Origin: an uncultured Gammaproteobacteria bacterium
GTDB taxonomy: Bacteria; Patescibacteriota; Patescibacteriia; Magasanikbacterales; UBA922
Assembly: GCA_964592785.1 (NCBI GenBank)
Contig: CAZQHU010000004.1
Coordinates: 72 to 64,071, forward strand
DNA: 64,000 nucleotides
Direction: 5' to 3'
Shown: one piece after another, positions 35,565-46,236 of the stretch
How the letters are laid out: the number at the start of each line of letters is the position of its first letter
Numbering within the stretch: the first letter of the stretch is position 1
Position numbers and translations under genes: made by a program
The notes under the pieces: model-generated
What the model was told of the DNA's origin: nothing
Database searches by the model: none
What the model saw: only the letters and a program-made list of their open reading frames with translations

Positions 35565-36290
35565 TTATTTTTCTTTTCTAATTTCTTTTTTCTTTTCACC
35601 TTCTTTATTTTCTTCAAGATTTTCAGCAAATTTGTCCTTGCGTCCAAAAACTTTGCCATGACAAATCCAAACTTTAATGCCGATCTTGCCATAAATAGTA
35701 TGGGCTTCGCTAAAGGCATAATCCACATCACTACGCAAAGTAATCAATGGCACTGTGCCAGTAGCCAACTTTTCACGGCGAGCAATCTCTACTCCATTTA
35801 GACGACCAGACATCATTACTTTCACTCCTTGAGCGCCAGCTTTCATTACTCTCTCCATAGTCTGTTTCATCACTCGGCGAAAAGGAATACGACGTTCAAT
35901 GTCACCAGCCATGGTATCGGCCACTACTTGAGCAGATAAAGCTGGAGAATGAACTTCTTTTATATTCAATTTTACTCTCAACGACATTTGTAAAAATTTC
36001 TTTTCAATTTCTTTTTTTAAATCTTCCAAACCCTTACCACCACGACCGATCACAAAACCCGGCTTAGCGGCAAAAATATTAACCACCATTTCTTTAGGGC
36101 TGCGCTCAATACTTATTGAATCAATATGAGCTTCTTTCAATTTCTTTGTCAAAAAATCACGAATCTTGTTTTCTTGTTCAGCAAACTTAGCATAGTTATT
36201 TTTGGAAAACCAGCGTGAATCCCAAGTATAAATTACTTGTAAACGGTGAGCTTTTGGATGGACTTTATGACCCATATTAACAATTTTCAA
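35565..36290 (-). CDS. rpsC: 30S ribosomal protein S3
   Basis: KH domain and S3 C-terminal domain. Confidence 0.9.
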   Translation of the reverse strand: MKIVNMGHKVHPKAHRLQVIYTWDSRWFSKNNYAKFAEQENKIRDFLTKKLKEAHIDSISIERSPKEMVVNIFAAKPGFVIGRGGKGLEDLKKEIEKKFLQMSLRVKLNIKEVHSPALSAQVVADTMAGDIERRIPFRRVMKQTMERVMKAGAQGVKVMMSGRLNGVEIARREKLATGTVPLITLRSDVDYAFSEAHTIYGKIGIKVWICHGKVFGRKDKFAENLEENKEGEKKKEIRKEK

Positions 36291-36301
36291 TTTTCAAAAA
36301 T

Positions 36302-36748
36302 TTAATCTTTTAACTTTTCTTCCTTTTTTGAAGTTTTTACTTCTTTTTTAACTTCTTTTTTAACTTCTTTAATTTTTTTATCTTCAGAATTTTTAGATTT
36401 TTTTTCTTGAGCTTCACCTTCCAAAACCAAAGTGATGTGTGAAGTGCGCTTACGAATCGGAGTGGCACGACCCATGGCTTTGGGCATCCAACGATAAAGA
36501 ATCGGACCGCCATCTACCATGATTGATTTGATTCGCAAAGTTCCTTTGTCAATTTTAAAATCATTGATAGCATTGGCAATGGCTGACTGTAATAATTTCA
36601 ATACTGGACGTTTAGCTTCTTTATTCAAAGTCTGTAAGCGCATCAAAGCTTGATCCACTTTCAAACCACGAATAAAATCAGCTACCAATCTCACTTTTCT
36701 CGGAGCCATGCGCAAATGTCTCAATTTTGCTGTTGCTTGTGTTTTCAT
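36302..36748 (-). CDS. rplV: 50S ribosomal protein L22 with a Lys-rich C-terminal tail
   Basis: L22 core followed by a KEVKKEVK repeat tail. Confidence 0.9.
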   Translation of the reverse strand: MKTQATAKLRHLRMAPRKVRLVADFIRGLKVDQALMRLQTLNKEAKRPVLKLLQSAIANAINDFKIDKGTLRIKSIMVDGGPILYRWMPKAMGRATPIRKRTSHITLVLEGEAQEKKSKNSEDKKIKEVKKEVKKEVKTSKKEEKLKD

Positions 36749-36753
36749 AAACT

Positions 36754-37086
36754 TTATGCCTTTTTAGCCGCTGCCGCAGCAGGAGCTGCAGCCGGTGCGG
36801 CACTGGCCTTGGCTTGTTCCTTGGCCATCTTGCCACCATGAACAACAAACTTACGAGTTGGGGCAAATTCTCCCAATTTATGTCCCACCATATTTTCTTC
36901 TACAAAGACTGCCAAAAAATCACGGCCATTGTGCACAGAAAAATTCATTCCCACCATTTCTGGGGTAATCGTAGAGGCGCGAGCCCAAGTTTTGATGGGT
37001 TTGCGATCTCCACTGACTTTGGCTTTAGTGACCTTTTGCATCAATTTTTCATCTACATAAGGTCCTTTTCTCAAACTTCTAGACAT
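36754..37086 (-). CDS. rpsS: 30S ribosomal protein S19 with an Ala/Pro-rich C-terminal tail
   Basis: S19 core ([11 protein letters not shown]). Confidence 0.9.
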   Translation of the reverse strand: MSRSLRKGPYVDEKLMQKVTKAKVSGDRKPIKTWARASTITPEMVGMNFSVHNGRDFLAVFVEENMVGHKLGEFAPTRKFVVHGGKMAKEQAKASAAPAAAPAAAAAKKA

Positions 37087-37100
37087 AAATTATCAAAAAA

Positions 37101-37943
37101 TTAGTTTTTCTTTTTTCTTCTCTGAATAATAAATTTGTTGCTCCATTTACCTGGCTGTCTGGTCTTGACACCCATGGCCTTCTTACCCCATTTGGTCTTA
37201 GGACCACCTTTCAAACCGATTGGTGAATGACCCTCACCACCACCATGTGGGTGATCAACTGGGTTCATATTTTTACCTTTCACTGTCGGACGAATACCGC
37301 GATATCTCATGCGACCAGCTTTACCCCAACGAACCAAATTGTAATATTCATTACCAACAAGACCAATACTGGCAGCACAATTTTTCTTAATCAAACGCAT
37401 TTCTCCAGAAGGTAATTTCAATTGAGCATAGTCTCCTTCAATTACTTGAAGCTGAGCTCCATTACCTGCACCACGCACCATTTGTCCACCTTTACCAGCA
37501 GTCATTTCTACATTATGTACAAATAAACCGATTGGCACATATTCCAATGGCATACGATTGCCAACCTTAGCTTCAATTTTTCCAGAACTAGACATGACTT
37601 TATCACCAACTTTTACACCCTGAGGTGCCAACCAATAAGCCTTTTGACCGCCAACATACTCAACAAGCATCACTCTCGCACCACGATTTGGATCATATTC
37701 AATGGCTTTTACTTCGGCTTCTACATCAAAATTTTGTTGTTTAAAATCAACTAAACGATATAACCTTTTGACCCCACCGCCCTGATGACGAACAGTGATG
37801 TTACCAGTGTTATTTCTTCCTGATTTCTTTTTTAAAACTGTCACCAAACTCTTCTCTGGATAATTCTTGGTAATATCAGAAAAATCCTGAACGCTTGATT
37901 TACGTCTTCCAGGAGTAGTTGGTTTGTAAACTTTAATTCCCAT
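37101..37943 (-). CDS. rplB: 50S ribosomal protein L2
   Basis: L2 signature (GGGQMVRGAGNGA..., HPHGGGEG). Confidence 0.9.
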   Translation of the reverse strand: MGIKVYKPTTPGRRKSSVQDFSDITKNYPEKSLVTVLKKKSGRNNTGNITVRHQGGGVKRLYRLVDFKQQNFDVEAEVKAIEYDPNRGARVMLVEYVGGQKAYWLAPQGVKVGDKVMSSSGKIEAKVGNRMPLEYVPIGLFVHNVEMTAGKGGQMVRGAGNGAQLQVIEGDYAQLKLPSGEMRLIKKNCAASIGLVGNEYYNLVRWGKAGRMRYRGIRPTVKGKNMNPVDHPHGGGEGHSPIGLKGGPKTKWGKKAMGVKTRQPGKWSNKFIIQRRKKKN

Positions 37944-37957
37944 ATTTTCTTAAAAAA

Positions 37958-38428
37958 TTACACACCTTCATGGATATTGATAGACTGTCCCTTTGGCAAA
38001 GTAACCACAGCTTTTTTCCAGTCACTACGTCTACCATAAGAGCGACCCTGACGCACAAACTTACCATTGATATTGATCACCCGCACACGAGTCGGTCTAA
38101 CTTTATAAATCGCTGCAATTGCTTCTTTGATTTGAAATTTATTAGCGTCCTTATCAACTACAAAACTATAAACTCCTCGGCTTTCTTCAGCTGCTGCCTT
38201 TTCACTAACCAAAGGTCTCACCAAAACCTGATAAAGAGAAGACTCTTTTGTTACTGATTTTTTATTATTTTGTTCTTTTTTGATTTCTTTAACAACAGAG
38301 TTGGTTTCTACATTTTCTGTCTTTTCTACTTTTTTATCTGATTGTTTTTTCTTGGATACTAAAGACTTGGCTGTTTGAGGAGCTGTCTGTTCTCTACTAT
38401 CTTTTTTAAATCTGTCTAATAAACCCAT
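37958..38428 (-). CDS. rplW: 50S ribosomal protein L23 with an approximately 60-aa N-terminal extension
   Basis: L23 core at the C-terminus. The N-terminal Lys-rich extension may reflect an over-called start. Confidence 0.8.
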   Translation of the reverse strand: MGLLDRFKKDSREQTAPQTAKSLVSKKKQSDKKVEKTENVETNSVVKEIKKEQNNKKSVTKESSLYQVLVRPLVSEKAAAEESRGVYSFVVDKDANKFQIKEAIAAIYKVRPTRVRVININGKFVRQGRSYGRRSDWKKAVVTLPKGQSINIHEGV

Positions 38429-38432
38429 ACTT

Positions 38433-39062
38433 TTAAGCTAAACGGTTTTCTAAAACTTTTAAAGCCTCTTTGGTAACAATTACATATTCATGATGCAATA
38501 GATCCACCACATTGACATCTTTGGCCATCTGTACGGAAAGCTTAGGAACATTCTTTACGGCACGTAACAAATCTTTTTCTAATTTTTCTGTCAAAATAAT
38601 AGTGGTTTTACCAGCACCTGCCAAGGCCTTGCGAAAATTTACCAAAACTTTAGCTTTGCCATCAAGAGGTAAATTTTCAACTACTAAAAATGAATCGTTA
38701 TTAAACTTATCAGACAAACACATTCTCACTGCCAATTGTTTCATTTTTTGATTGATTTTTTGTAAATAATTGCGATCGGTCTTTGGTCCAAAAACCACAC
38801 CACCGCCTCTCCAAATAGGAGAACGAATAGAACCATGACGAGCCCTACCAGTACCTTTTTGCTTCCAAGGTTTTTTACCGCCACCACGAACTTCACCTTT
38901 GCCTTTGGTATCAGCCCATGGCTCTCTGGCGTTGGCCAAAAGAGCAGTATAGACTTGGTGAATCACAGAGGTGTTGATCTTAACACCAAAAATAATTTCA
39001 GATAATTTTAAAGCTTCCTGTTCTTTACCTTCTAAATTGTAAACTTTAACTTCAAGGGACAT
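38433..39062 (-). CDS. rplD: 50S ribosomal protein L4
   Basis: L4 family in operon context. Confidence 0.9.
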   Translation of the reverse strand: MSLEVKVYNLEGKEQEALKLSEIIFGVKINTSVIHQVYTALLANAREPWADTKGKGEVRGGGKKPWKQKGTGRARHGSIRSPIWRGGGVVFGPKTDRNYLQKINQKMKQLAVRMCLSDKFNNDSFLVVENLPLDGKAKVLVNFRKALAGAGKTTIILTEKLEKDLLRAVKNVPKLSVQMAKDVNVVDLLHHEYVIVTKEALKVLENRLA

Positions 39063-39067
39063 ATTTA

Positions 39068-39874
39068 TTATTTACTATTTTCTTCACTCTCAACTTCTGT
39101 TAAACTCTCAACAGCCGGAACTTCAACTTGAGATTCTTCTGTTTTGGTTTCTTCAGAAACATTTTCAACAGTTTTTACTTCTTCGTTTACTGTTTCTTTT
39201 ACTTCAATTACCGGTTCTTCTGTAGAAATTTTTTCAATCTCAATTTTTCCTTCAGTAGAAATAAGTAATAAACCACCACGTGCTCCTGGAACAGCACCCT
39301 TAATCAATAATTCATTGGTTTCTGGTTTAATAGATACAACTTCTAAATTTTTGACAGTCACTCTGGCATCACCCATATGGCCAGCCATGCGCTGTCCTTT
39401 GAAAACACGCTGTGGGCCAGTCGAACCAATGCCACCAGGCATACGCAAGTTGTCTTTATGACCATGAGAGGCTGGACCACCGGCAAAACCATGACGTTTT
39501 ACTACACCCTGAAAACCTCTACCTTTGGAAGTGCCTACTACCTGCACTTTTTCCCCAGGAGAAAAAACTTTAACTGTAAAAACATCACCGCGTTTTAAAT
39601 CATTATCATTTTTAAAATCACGCACTATTCTCACTGTCAATCCTTCTTTATCTTCCAAACCTTTCAAATGTCCCTGCATAGCTTTATTCAGACGGAAAGA
39701 CTTTTGCTTACCAAAACCAATCTGTACAGATTGTACTTGATCTTTTTCTTTGGTTTTAACTTGTGTAACTACACAAGGACCAGCATTGACAATGGTGACT
39801 GGCACAACTGTACCATCATCCTTGAAAACCTGACTCATGTGTTGTTTCGTTCCAAGTATAAATTTCATAAACAA
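39068..39874 (-). CDS. rplC: 50S ribosomal protein L3 with an acidic C-terminal extension
   Basis: L3 core followed by a Glu-rich tail. Confidence 0.9.
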   Translation of the reverse strand: MFMKFILGTKQHMSQVFKDDGTVVPVTIVNAGPCVVTQVKTKEKDQVQSVQIGFGKQKSFRLNKAMQGHLKGLEDKEGLTVRIVRDFKNDNDLKRGDVFTVKVFSPGEKVQVVGTSKGRGFQGVVKRHGFAGGPASHGHKDNLRMPGGIGSTGPQRVFKGQRMAGHMGDARVTVKNLEVVSIKPETNELLIKGAVPGARGGLLLISTEGKIEIEKISTEEPVIEVKETVNEEVKTVENVSEETKTEESQVEVPAVESLTEVESEENSK

Positions 39875-40050
39875 CCAAATTTTAATTTACTGATATAATT
39901 AATTTAACAAAAAACTAGAAAGAATAACTAATCATTATCTTATCCCGACTTGGTCGGAATGTTTTAAAACTAGTAACTCTTTCCAGCCTTTTACTCTCTT
40001 TTGGAGAGAAATGGCCTTTTTGTAATGGTCCAATTTTGTATGGTGGCCTT

Positions 40051-40079
40051 ATTTTAGCTTAAATCTTATTTTTTGTCAA
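40051..40079 (-). promoter_or_regulatory. Candidate internal promoter TTGACA-17-TAAAAT in the rpsJ-rplC spacer
   Basis: Read on the minus strand: TTGACA-AAAAATAAGATTTAAGC-TAAAAT. Confidence 0.35.
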
Positions 40080-40136
40080 GAGCCAAAAAGGGTATAACTT
40101 CCAAAAATATTTTGGCTAAAAATAGCCAAAAATTAT

Positions 40137-40484
40137 TTATGACATTTTTATTTCCACATCTACTCCAGCTGGTAAATTCAAATTCATCAAAGCATCTATA
40201 GCTCTGGGGGTGGGATTCATAATATCCAACAAACGCTTATGAGTACGCATTTCATATTGCTCAGCAGATGTTTTGTGCACAAAAGTTGAACGGTTCACAC
40301 TGTATTTTCTAATCTCAGTTGGCAGTGGCACTGGACCAACTACTTTAGCATTATTACGTTCAGCAGTTTCCACTATAGTCTTCGTGGCCTTATCAATAAT
40401 CTTGTTATCATAAGCACGAATCTTGATTCTAATCTTTTGACTCACTTCTTCTTTTTTGACTTCTTTGATATCAGTTTTTGTCAT
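40137..40484 (-). CDS. rpsJ: 30S ribosomal protein S10
   Basis: S10 signature (IRIKIRAYD...). Confidence 0.9.
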   Translation of the reverse strand: MTKTDIKEVKKEEVSQKIRIKIRAYDNKIIDKATKTIVETAERNNAKVVGPVPLPTEIRKYSVNRSTFVHKTSAEQYEMRTHKRLLDIMNPTPRAIDALMNLNLPAGVDVEIKMS

Positions 40485-40499
40485 AAATAATAATGAACG

Positions 40500-40536
40500 A
40501 AATAAAGGAGGGCCCAGTGTGTTACCAGACCCTCCT
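40500..40536 (-). terminator. Hairpin with T tract between tuf and rpsJ (attenuator or partial terminator)
   Basis: AGGAGGG-TCTGGTAACACACTGGGC-CCTCCT followed by TTTATT when read on the minus strand. Confidence 0.4.
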
Positions 40537-40543
40537 CATGATT

Positions 40544-41731
40544 TTACTTAATAATCTTGGTTACTGAACCAGCACCAACAGTTCTACCACCTTCACGGAT
40601 AGCAAAACGCATTTTTTCTTCCAAAGCTACTGGAGTAATCAATTTGATGGTCAAATTGACTTGGTCGCCTGGCATCACCATTTCAGTACCAGCTGGCAAA
40701 GTAATATCACCAGTCACATCGGTAGTACGAATATAAAATTGTGGCTTATAACCATTGAAAAATGGTTTATGACGTCCACCTTCCTCTTTGGTCAAAGCGT
40801 AAACTTGAGCTTCAAATTCGGTATGAGGGGTAATAGAACCTGGTTTGGCCAAAACCATACCACGTTCAACATCATCTTTCTTGGTACCACGAAGCAAAAT
40901 ACCAGCATTATCACCAGCTTGACCTTGTTGTAAATTCTTGTTAAACATTTCCACACCAGTAACAGTGGTTTTTTGTGTATCTTTAATACCAACAATTTCA
41001 ACTTCATCACCAACTTTGACAATACCACGTTCAATCCTACCAGTAACCACGGTTCCACGACCTTCAATAGAGAAAACATCTTCTACTGGCATGAGAAAAG
41101 CTTTGTCCAAATCACGAACTGGATCTGGAATATACTCATCCAAAGTCTTCAATAATTCCAAAATTGGTTTGGAAGCAGCTTCATCTTTAGGATTTTCCAA
41201 AGCTTTCAAAGCAGAACCACGAATAATAGGAGTGGTATCACCAGGAAATTCATATTTTTTGAGCAAATCTCTAACTTCAGCTTCTACCAAGTCGATAAGC
41301 TCTGGATCAGAAACTTGATCAACTTTGTTCAAGAAAACCACAATATAAGGCACACCTACCTGACGAGCAAGTAAAATGTGTTCACGAGTTTGAGGCATTG
41401 GACCATCAGCAGCAGAAACGACTAAGATAGAACCATCCATTTGAGCGGCACCGGTAATCATGTTTTTGACATAGTCAGCATGGCCTGGACAATCCACATG
41501 AGCATAGTGGCGTTTTTCTGATTCATACTCCACATGAGCGGTATTGATGGTAATACCACGAGCTTTTTCTTCTGGAGCATTGTCAATTTGATCAACACTC
41601 TTGGTTTGCGCAGTAAATCCGTGCGCACCAGCAACTGCAAGAATAGCAACTGTTAAGGTTGTTTTACCATGATCTACGTGACCAATGGTACCAACATTTA
41701 CGTGTGTTTTGACACGTTGAAATTCTACCAT
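40544..41731 (-). CDS. tuf: Elongation factor Tu
   Basis: [21 protein letters not shown]. Confidence 0.95.
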   Translation of the reverse strand: MVEFQRVKTHVNVGTIGHVDHGKTTLTVAILAVAGAHGFTAQTKSVDQIDNAPEEKARGITINTAHVEYESEKRHYAHVDCPGHADYVKNMITGAAQMDGSILVVSAADGPMPQTREHILLARQVGVPYIVVFLNKVDQVSDPELIDLVEAEVRDLLKKYEFPGDTTPIIRGSALKALENPKDEAASKPILELLKTLDEYIPDPVRDLDKAFLMPVEDVFSIEGRGTVVTGRIERGIVKVGDEVEIVGIKDTQKTTVTGVEMFNKNLQQGQAGDNAGILLRGTKKDDVERGMVLAKPGSITPHTEFEAQVYALTKEEGGRHKPFFNGYKPQFYIRTTDVTGDITLPAGTEMVMPGDQVNLTIKLITPVALEEKMRFAIREGGRTVGAGSVTKIIK

Positions 41732-41739
41732 ACGAATTA

Positions 41740-41830
41740 ATCTGCCGCACCGCCCCGAGTGGTCGGGAGGGATTTGTGATCCAGCGGCCTTTACCCTGTA
41801 CCTAAGTTCAGGGTTAAATTTGTTTATTTT
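41740..41830 (-). other. GC-rich structured 5' leader of tuf
   Basis: Hairpin CCCTG-AACTTAGGTA-CAGGG and a GC-rich stem CCCGACCACTCGGGGCGG. Not a tRNA. Confidence 0.3.
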
Positions 41831-41915
41831 TAATAAAAAAAATGACGCTATTTAAGCGCCATGATTATATAATAATTTAAAAAATAAGTCAAGAGGGATA
41901 AATTGGGGACAAATC

Positions 41916-42473
41916 CTAAACCGGCTCTTCATAAAACACTGGCTCGCCATCTGACAAAGGTTCCTCTTTCCAAACTCCAGAATTTTCATGTTCTTGGTAT
42001 GGAACAGCCACTGGTTCTTCATTTTCCCGAACTCCACCTTGAATAGGTAAATCAAAATCCGGTATTTCATCAGTCTCCGCTTCATCTTCAAATTCAGCCG
42101 AAGAATTTTCAGAAAAATTACTATTATAACGATCCCCCAAAACACTGCCAGCACTATGCCACTCGGGTAAATGAGAATCATATTCAGCAAAAGGGTCAAA
42201 AGGTTCTTCATTTTCAAATTCATCCTCCAGCATCATTTCTCTTTCCCATTCTTCATCCATTTCTTTATTGGCTCGCCAAGCGGCAATATCACGATTTATT
42301 TGGTCAATAAGTTGACCACTGGAAAGTGAACGTACATCTTTTTTGCCCAAAACTAACCTTTCATAATCGTCAACGCTCATAATCACCACATCCTGATTTT
42401 CCAAAGGATTGTGAACAATAAGACGATCCCCTGTTTTTTGAGATAATTCTATTAAATGTTCAAGTGATGACAT
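41916..42473 (-). CDS. Hypothetical acidic protein
   Basis: Glu/Asp-rich C-terminal half. A terminator hairpin GGCGCTTAAATAGCGTC plus a T run follows at 41834-41862. Confidence 0.45.
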   Translation of the reverse strand: MSSLEHLIELSQKTGDRLIVHNPLENQDVVIMSVDDYERLVLGKKDVRSLSSGQLIDQINRDIAAWRANKEMDEEWEREMMLEDEFENEEPFDPFAEYDSHLPEWHSAGSVLGDRYNSNFSENSSAEFEDEAETDEIPDFDLPIQGGVRENEEPVAVPYQEHENSGVWKEEPLSDGEPVFYEEPV

Positions 42474-42545
42474 AAAAAATTTAGTTTATTTTGTTATTTG
42501 TGATAGAATTATATAAGTTATATTAAAAACCGTCAAGCGAAAAAT

Positions 42546-43631
42546 ATGGATCTAAATAAGCTCGAGGAAAAACAGATTTCTCTCACAGAATGGCTGGAAA
42601 AAATTGGCTTTAGGAAAACCGAAGAATTTAGAAAAGAAGACAATAAAAAAAGAAAAACTCTAGCTATTCTAAATCGAATAATTGGACTGCCTTTTGATAA
42701 ACCAATAGAATTTTCAGCTACTGAAATAAACAATAATTCATCAGCTTTCCAAAATTTTTTTCAAACACACCAGAATGAGCTTTGTGCTTATCGCTTAATT
42801 CCAAATGAAGAAAACCTACCTAAACTCCGCATGCGTGGTTACACAGTATCAGAAACTCTGGACTGGTTTTTGAGGCAAAATATTGATCCAAACAAATACC
42901 ACGTAGATATCATTCCTCACTCAGAAAATTATGACTGGTCAACAATCTTTGTGGTGAATAAAAATGGCATTTTTGGTGAAATCATTCAAGGAAATCCTTT
43001 CATGCTCACCCAGGGATTTTATGCTAAAAACAAACCTATCACTTTTGCCTTTGATTTTGAAAATTGGCAAATGGATACTGCAAACAGCCAAGCAGAAGAG
43101 CACTTAAAAATGTTAGTAAGAAAAATAAAAGTAGAAAATTTAAATCAACAAAAAGAAATCCAAGAAAAACTTGGTGGTATTTTTTTTCAAAACTACTTGG
43201 CTGGATACTTCGAAACCACCTCTTCTCCACAGTTTGGACTTTGGTTTATAGATTGGAATAAAATTTTGGGAGAAATGTACGGTGATTACCAGATAATACC
43301 AACTGAAAAACCTAACAATGATACTTTACAAGGTACAGTAGCTTACCCAGGCAATATTAGTGGAAAAGTTAAAATCATTAACAACTCAGACACAAAAACG
43401 ATAAACCCAAATGAAATATTGACATGTAACATGACCACTCCTGAACACATACCCTTAATGAAAATTTGTTCTGGAATAATTACCGAACAAGGCGGAATTC
43501 TCTCTCACGCAGCCATTGTAGCACGCGAACTCAAAAAACCTTGTATCGTTGGAGTAGAGAAAGTATTAGAAAAATTGAAAGATGGAGACCTATTAGAAAT
43601 TAAGGATGGAATAATTAAAAAAATTAAATAA
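42546..43631 (+). CDS. Protein with a C-terminal PEP-utilising-enzyme mobile (phosphohistidine) domain
   Basis: C-terminal GGILSHAAIVARELKKPCIVG, as in PEP synthase, PPDK and rifampin phosphotransferase. The N-terminal ~260 aa are unassigned. Confidence 0.6.
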   Translation: MDLNKLEEKQISLTEWLEKIGFRKTEEFRKEDNKKRKTLAILNRIIGLPFDKPIEFSATEINNNSSAFQNFFQTHQNELCAYRLIPNEENLPKLRMRGYTVSETLDWFLRQNIDPNKYHVDIIPHSENYDWSTIFVVNKNGIFGEIIQGNPFMLTQGFYAKNKPITFAFDFENWQMDTANSQAEEHLKMLVRKIKVENLNQQKEIQEKLGGIFFQNYLAGYFETTSSPQFGLWFIDWNKILGEMYGDYQIIPTEKPNNDTLQGTVAYPGNISGKVKIINNSDTKTINPNEILTCNMTTPEHIPLMKICSGIITEQGGILSHAAIVARELKKPCIVGVEKVLEKLKDGDLLEIKDGIIKKIK

Positions 43632-43633
43632 TC

Positions 43634-43659
43634 AAAAAACTCCCTTTTGGGGAGTTTTT
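43634..43659. terminator. Bidirectional terminator
   Basis: AAAAAACTCCCTTTTGGGGAGTTTTT. Confidence 0.5.
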
Positions 43660-43808
43660 AATTTGTTTTCACAGCAAAAATGTGACAAAGAGCTTGTACA
43701 ACGCCATATTCTGATAATCTGATCCTGAGTCACCATTCCAAATCTCTTGCGAGATTGAAATAATGAGGATCACTTAAGTATCACAGTCTTCCGACTGAGT
43801 TACTCCAG

Positions 43809-45341
43809 AAAGGAGGTGATCCATCCCCAGCTTCCGCTAGGGATGCCTTGTTACGACTTCACCCTGATCACTGACCCTGCCTTAGTCCCCATAAGGAGCC
43901 TTTGGGCGTTGCCAGCTTTCGTGGTGTGACGGGCGGTGAGTACAAGACCCGAGAACGTATTCACCGCGCCGTATCTGATGCGCGGTTACTAGCGAATCCA
44001 ACTTCATGAGGACGAATTTCAGCCCTCAATCCGAACTGAGGCTAGCTTTTTGGGATTAGCTCCATCTCGCGATTTAGCAACCCTTTGTACTAGCCATTGT
44101 ATCATGCGTGTAGCCCTGGACGTAAGAGCCATGCTGATTTGACGTCGTCCCCGCCTTCCTCCCGTTTAAACGGGCAGTCTCGTGTGTACATTTAACACAC
44201 AATAGGGGTTGCGCTCGTTACCAGACTTAACTGTACACCTCACGGCACGAGCTGACGGCAACCATGCAGCACCTATCTAACACCTTCGAAAGCGGGCAAT
44301 GTTTCCATCGCCTTGCAGTTAGTAGTTGAGCCCAGGTAAGGTTCGCCGCGTACCGTCGAATTAAACCGCATGATCCTCCGCTTGTGCGGGTCCCCGTCTA
44401 TTCCTTTGAGTTTTAACCTTGCGGCCGTACTCCCCAGGCGGTGTACTTAACGCGTTTGCTTTTTAAAACGGCACTGAGAGGGTCGATACTCCCAATACCT
44501 AGTACACATCGTTTAGGGCGTGGACTACTAGGGTATCTAATCCTATTCGCTACCCACGCTTTGGTCCATGAGTGTCAGGCATGTTATAGCAAGCTGCCTT
44601 CGCCTTTGGTGTTCCTATCGATATCAGCGCTTATTACGACTACACCGATAGTTCCGCTTGCCTCTCCCAGCCTCCAGTCTGATAGTATCAACAGCAGTCC
44701 CGGAGTTAAGCCCCGGGATTTAACCATTGACTTTTCAGACAACCTGCGGACGCTTTACGCCCAATGAATCCGGATAACGTTTGAGGTCTCTGTATTACCG
44801 CTGCTGCTGGCACAGAGTTAGCAACCTCTTATTCCTAGGGTACCGTCACAAATTCGTCCCCTATAAAAGCAGTTTACACCCCGAAGGGCTTCATCCTGCA
44901 CGCGGCGTCGCTCCATCAGACTTTCGTCCATTGTGGAATATTCTTGACTGCAGCCTCCCGTAGGAGTCTGGGCAGTATCTCAGTCCCAGTGAGGCAGGTC
45001 ACGCTCTCACGCCTGCTACCCGTCATAGCCTTGGTGGTCTATTACACCGCCAACTAGCTGATAGGACATAGGCCTTTCTCCAAGTGATAAATCTTTAAAT
45101 GCGAATGACTTTTGTCCCCGCATTGCCATCGGGTATTAATCCACCTTTCGGTGGGCTATCCCCGTCTTGGAGGTAAGTTACCAATGTGTTACTCACCCGT
45201 TTGCCGCTCGTAACCCGTCCAACACTCTACCAACATTTATAAAAAATATTTTTAGAGTGTTGGTCGGGCACGTCGCTCGACTTGCATGCCTTAAACACGC
45301 CGCCAACGTTCATCCTGAGCCAGGATCAAACTCTCAGTAAA
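43809..45341 (-). rRNA. rrs: 16S ribosomal RNA, about 1.53 kb, not linked to a 23S
   Basis: 5' end GAGTTTGATCCTGGCTCAG (rc at 45315-45334). 3' end GGATCACCTCCTTT (rc at 43809-43822). Internal universal segments such as GTGCCAGCAGCCGCGGTAATAC (rc at about 44790) are present. Confidence 0.9.
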
Positions 45342-45823
45342 GAGTTTGAATCCGATCTAACTAAATTAATAGTTAGAGGTTTATGATTCTAATTTGAATA
45401 GACATTGACAATGATCTTTGTCACGTTCTTGTTGTGAATCCTTACTTTTTTTGGATTTGGTTGATCTTGTAATTTTAAATTGTCAAAGTACATCTTTCTT
45501 TTTTAAGAAAGAAAAAAGAGGAACCAAAATTTTGAGTTACTCTTTTTTCTTTCCAGTATCCGGGTTTCACTTCGTTACGCCCGGTAAACCCGTTCTTTTT
45601 CAAAAAGATGGTTTACCCGGCGTAGTCCGCTTTGAGCGGACGAAGTCGGGACTTAGAAAAAGCGTTTGATTGTGAAGGGGTTGTTTAGTTTGCTGGGCAA
45701 TTGTACATTTATTTAAAAGAGTTGTCAAGAGCAAGATATGCACAGGAATGGGGATAAAAAAACAAAATACATAGAAAACGGAATAAAAAAAAACAAAATA
45801 TTTTATTTATCCACACCTTACCC

Positions 45824-45851
45824 TTGAAATCTCTCTTTTTTTTGTTATGAT
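45824..45851 (+). promoter_or_regulatory. Candidate promoter TTGAAA-16-TATGAT for the GC-rich ORF
   Basis: Hexamers upstream of a GTGC/GCAC hairpin and the GGAGG RBS. Confidence 0.3.
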
Positions 45852-45891
45852 ACTATGTCGTGCAAAGTCGCACGCATCAATGGAGGAAACC

Positions 45892-46236
45892 ATGAGCTTG
45901 TCAAGTGAACTTCAAGATGCAAGCAGTGACGCCCAAAGAAAACAGGAAGAAAGAAAGAGACAGGAGCAGAAGAATCACGAAATTCTTGAGCATACAATCA
46001 TGCTCAGAAGAATTGAAGAAATCCAGAGACACATGAAGGTGCGTGCCGACCAAGGATACAGTCATATTGTCGTTGAACTAGAGTACGATTTCCGAGGTTG
46101 TACCGAACGCTTCGGATCCGAAGCGGTAAGGGAACTGGTGAACTGGGCACATGCCCAAGGATTCCAAACCAAGGAAGATTGGTGTAACGGAACCCAATTC
46201 ACTCCAGGGTGTAGAATTCTTTACATCATGTGGTAA
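45892..46236 (+). CDS. Hypothetical protein in a moderately GC-rich foreign-looking segment
   Basis: Strong RBS GGAGGAAACC-ATG. The ORF-track start at 45847 lies upstream of the RBS; 45892 is preferred. Confidence 0.4.
   Translation: MSLSSELQDASSDAQRKQEERKRQEQKNHEILEHTIMLRRIEEIQRHMKVRADQGYSHIVVELEYDFRGCTERFGSEAVRELVNWAHAQGFQTKEDWCNGTQFTPGCRILYIMW

Noticed and set aside
41740-41830. tRNA genes upstream of tuf, as in the E. coli thrU-tyrU-glyT-thrT-tufB arrangement
   Set aside because: No T-loop (GTTCRANYC) or cloverleaf could be built. The region is a GC-rich hairpin leader.
43660-43808. 23S or 5S rRNA adjacent to the 16S
   Set aside because: No 23S or 5S signature sequences were found. The 16S is flanked by a protein-coding gene and a terminator.
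44441-45669. ORFs 44441..44767, 44781..44963 and 45418..45669 on the plus strand
   Set aside because: They lie inside or antisense to the 16S rRNA gene and its leader. rRNA universal motifs explain the sequence.
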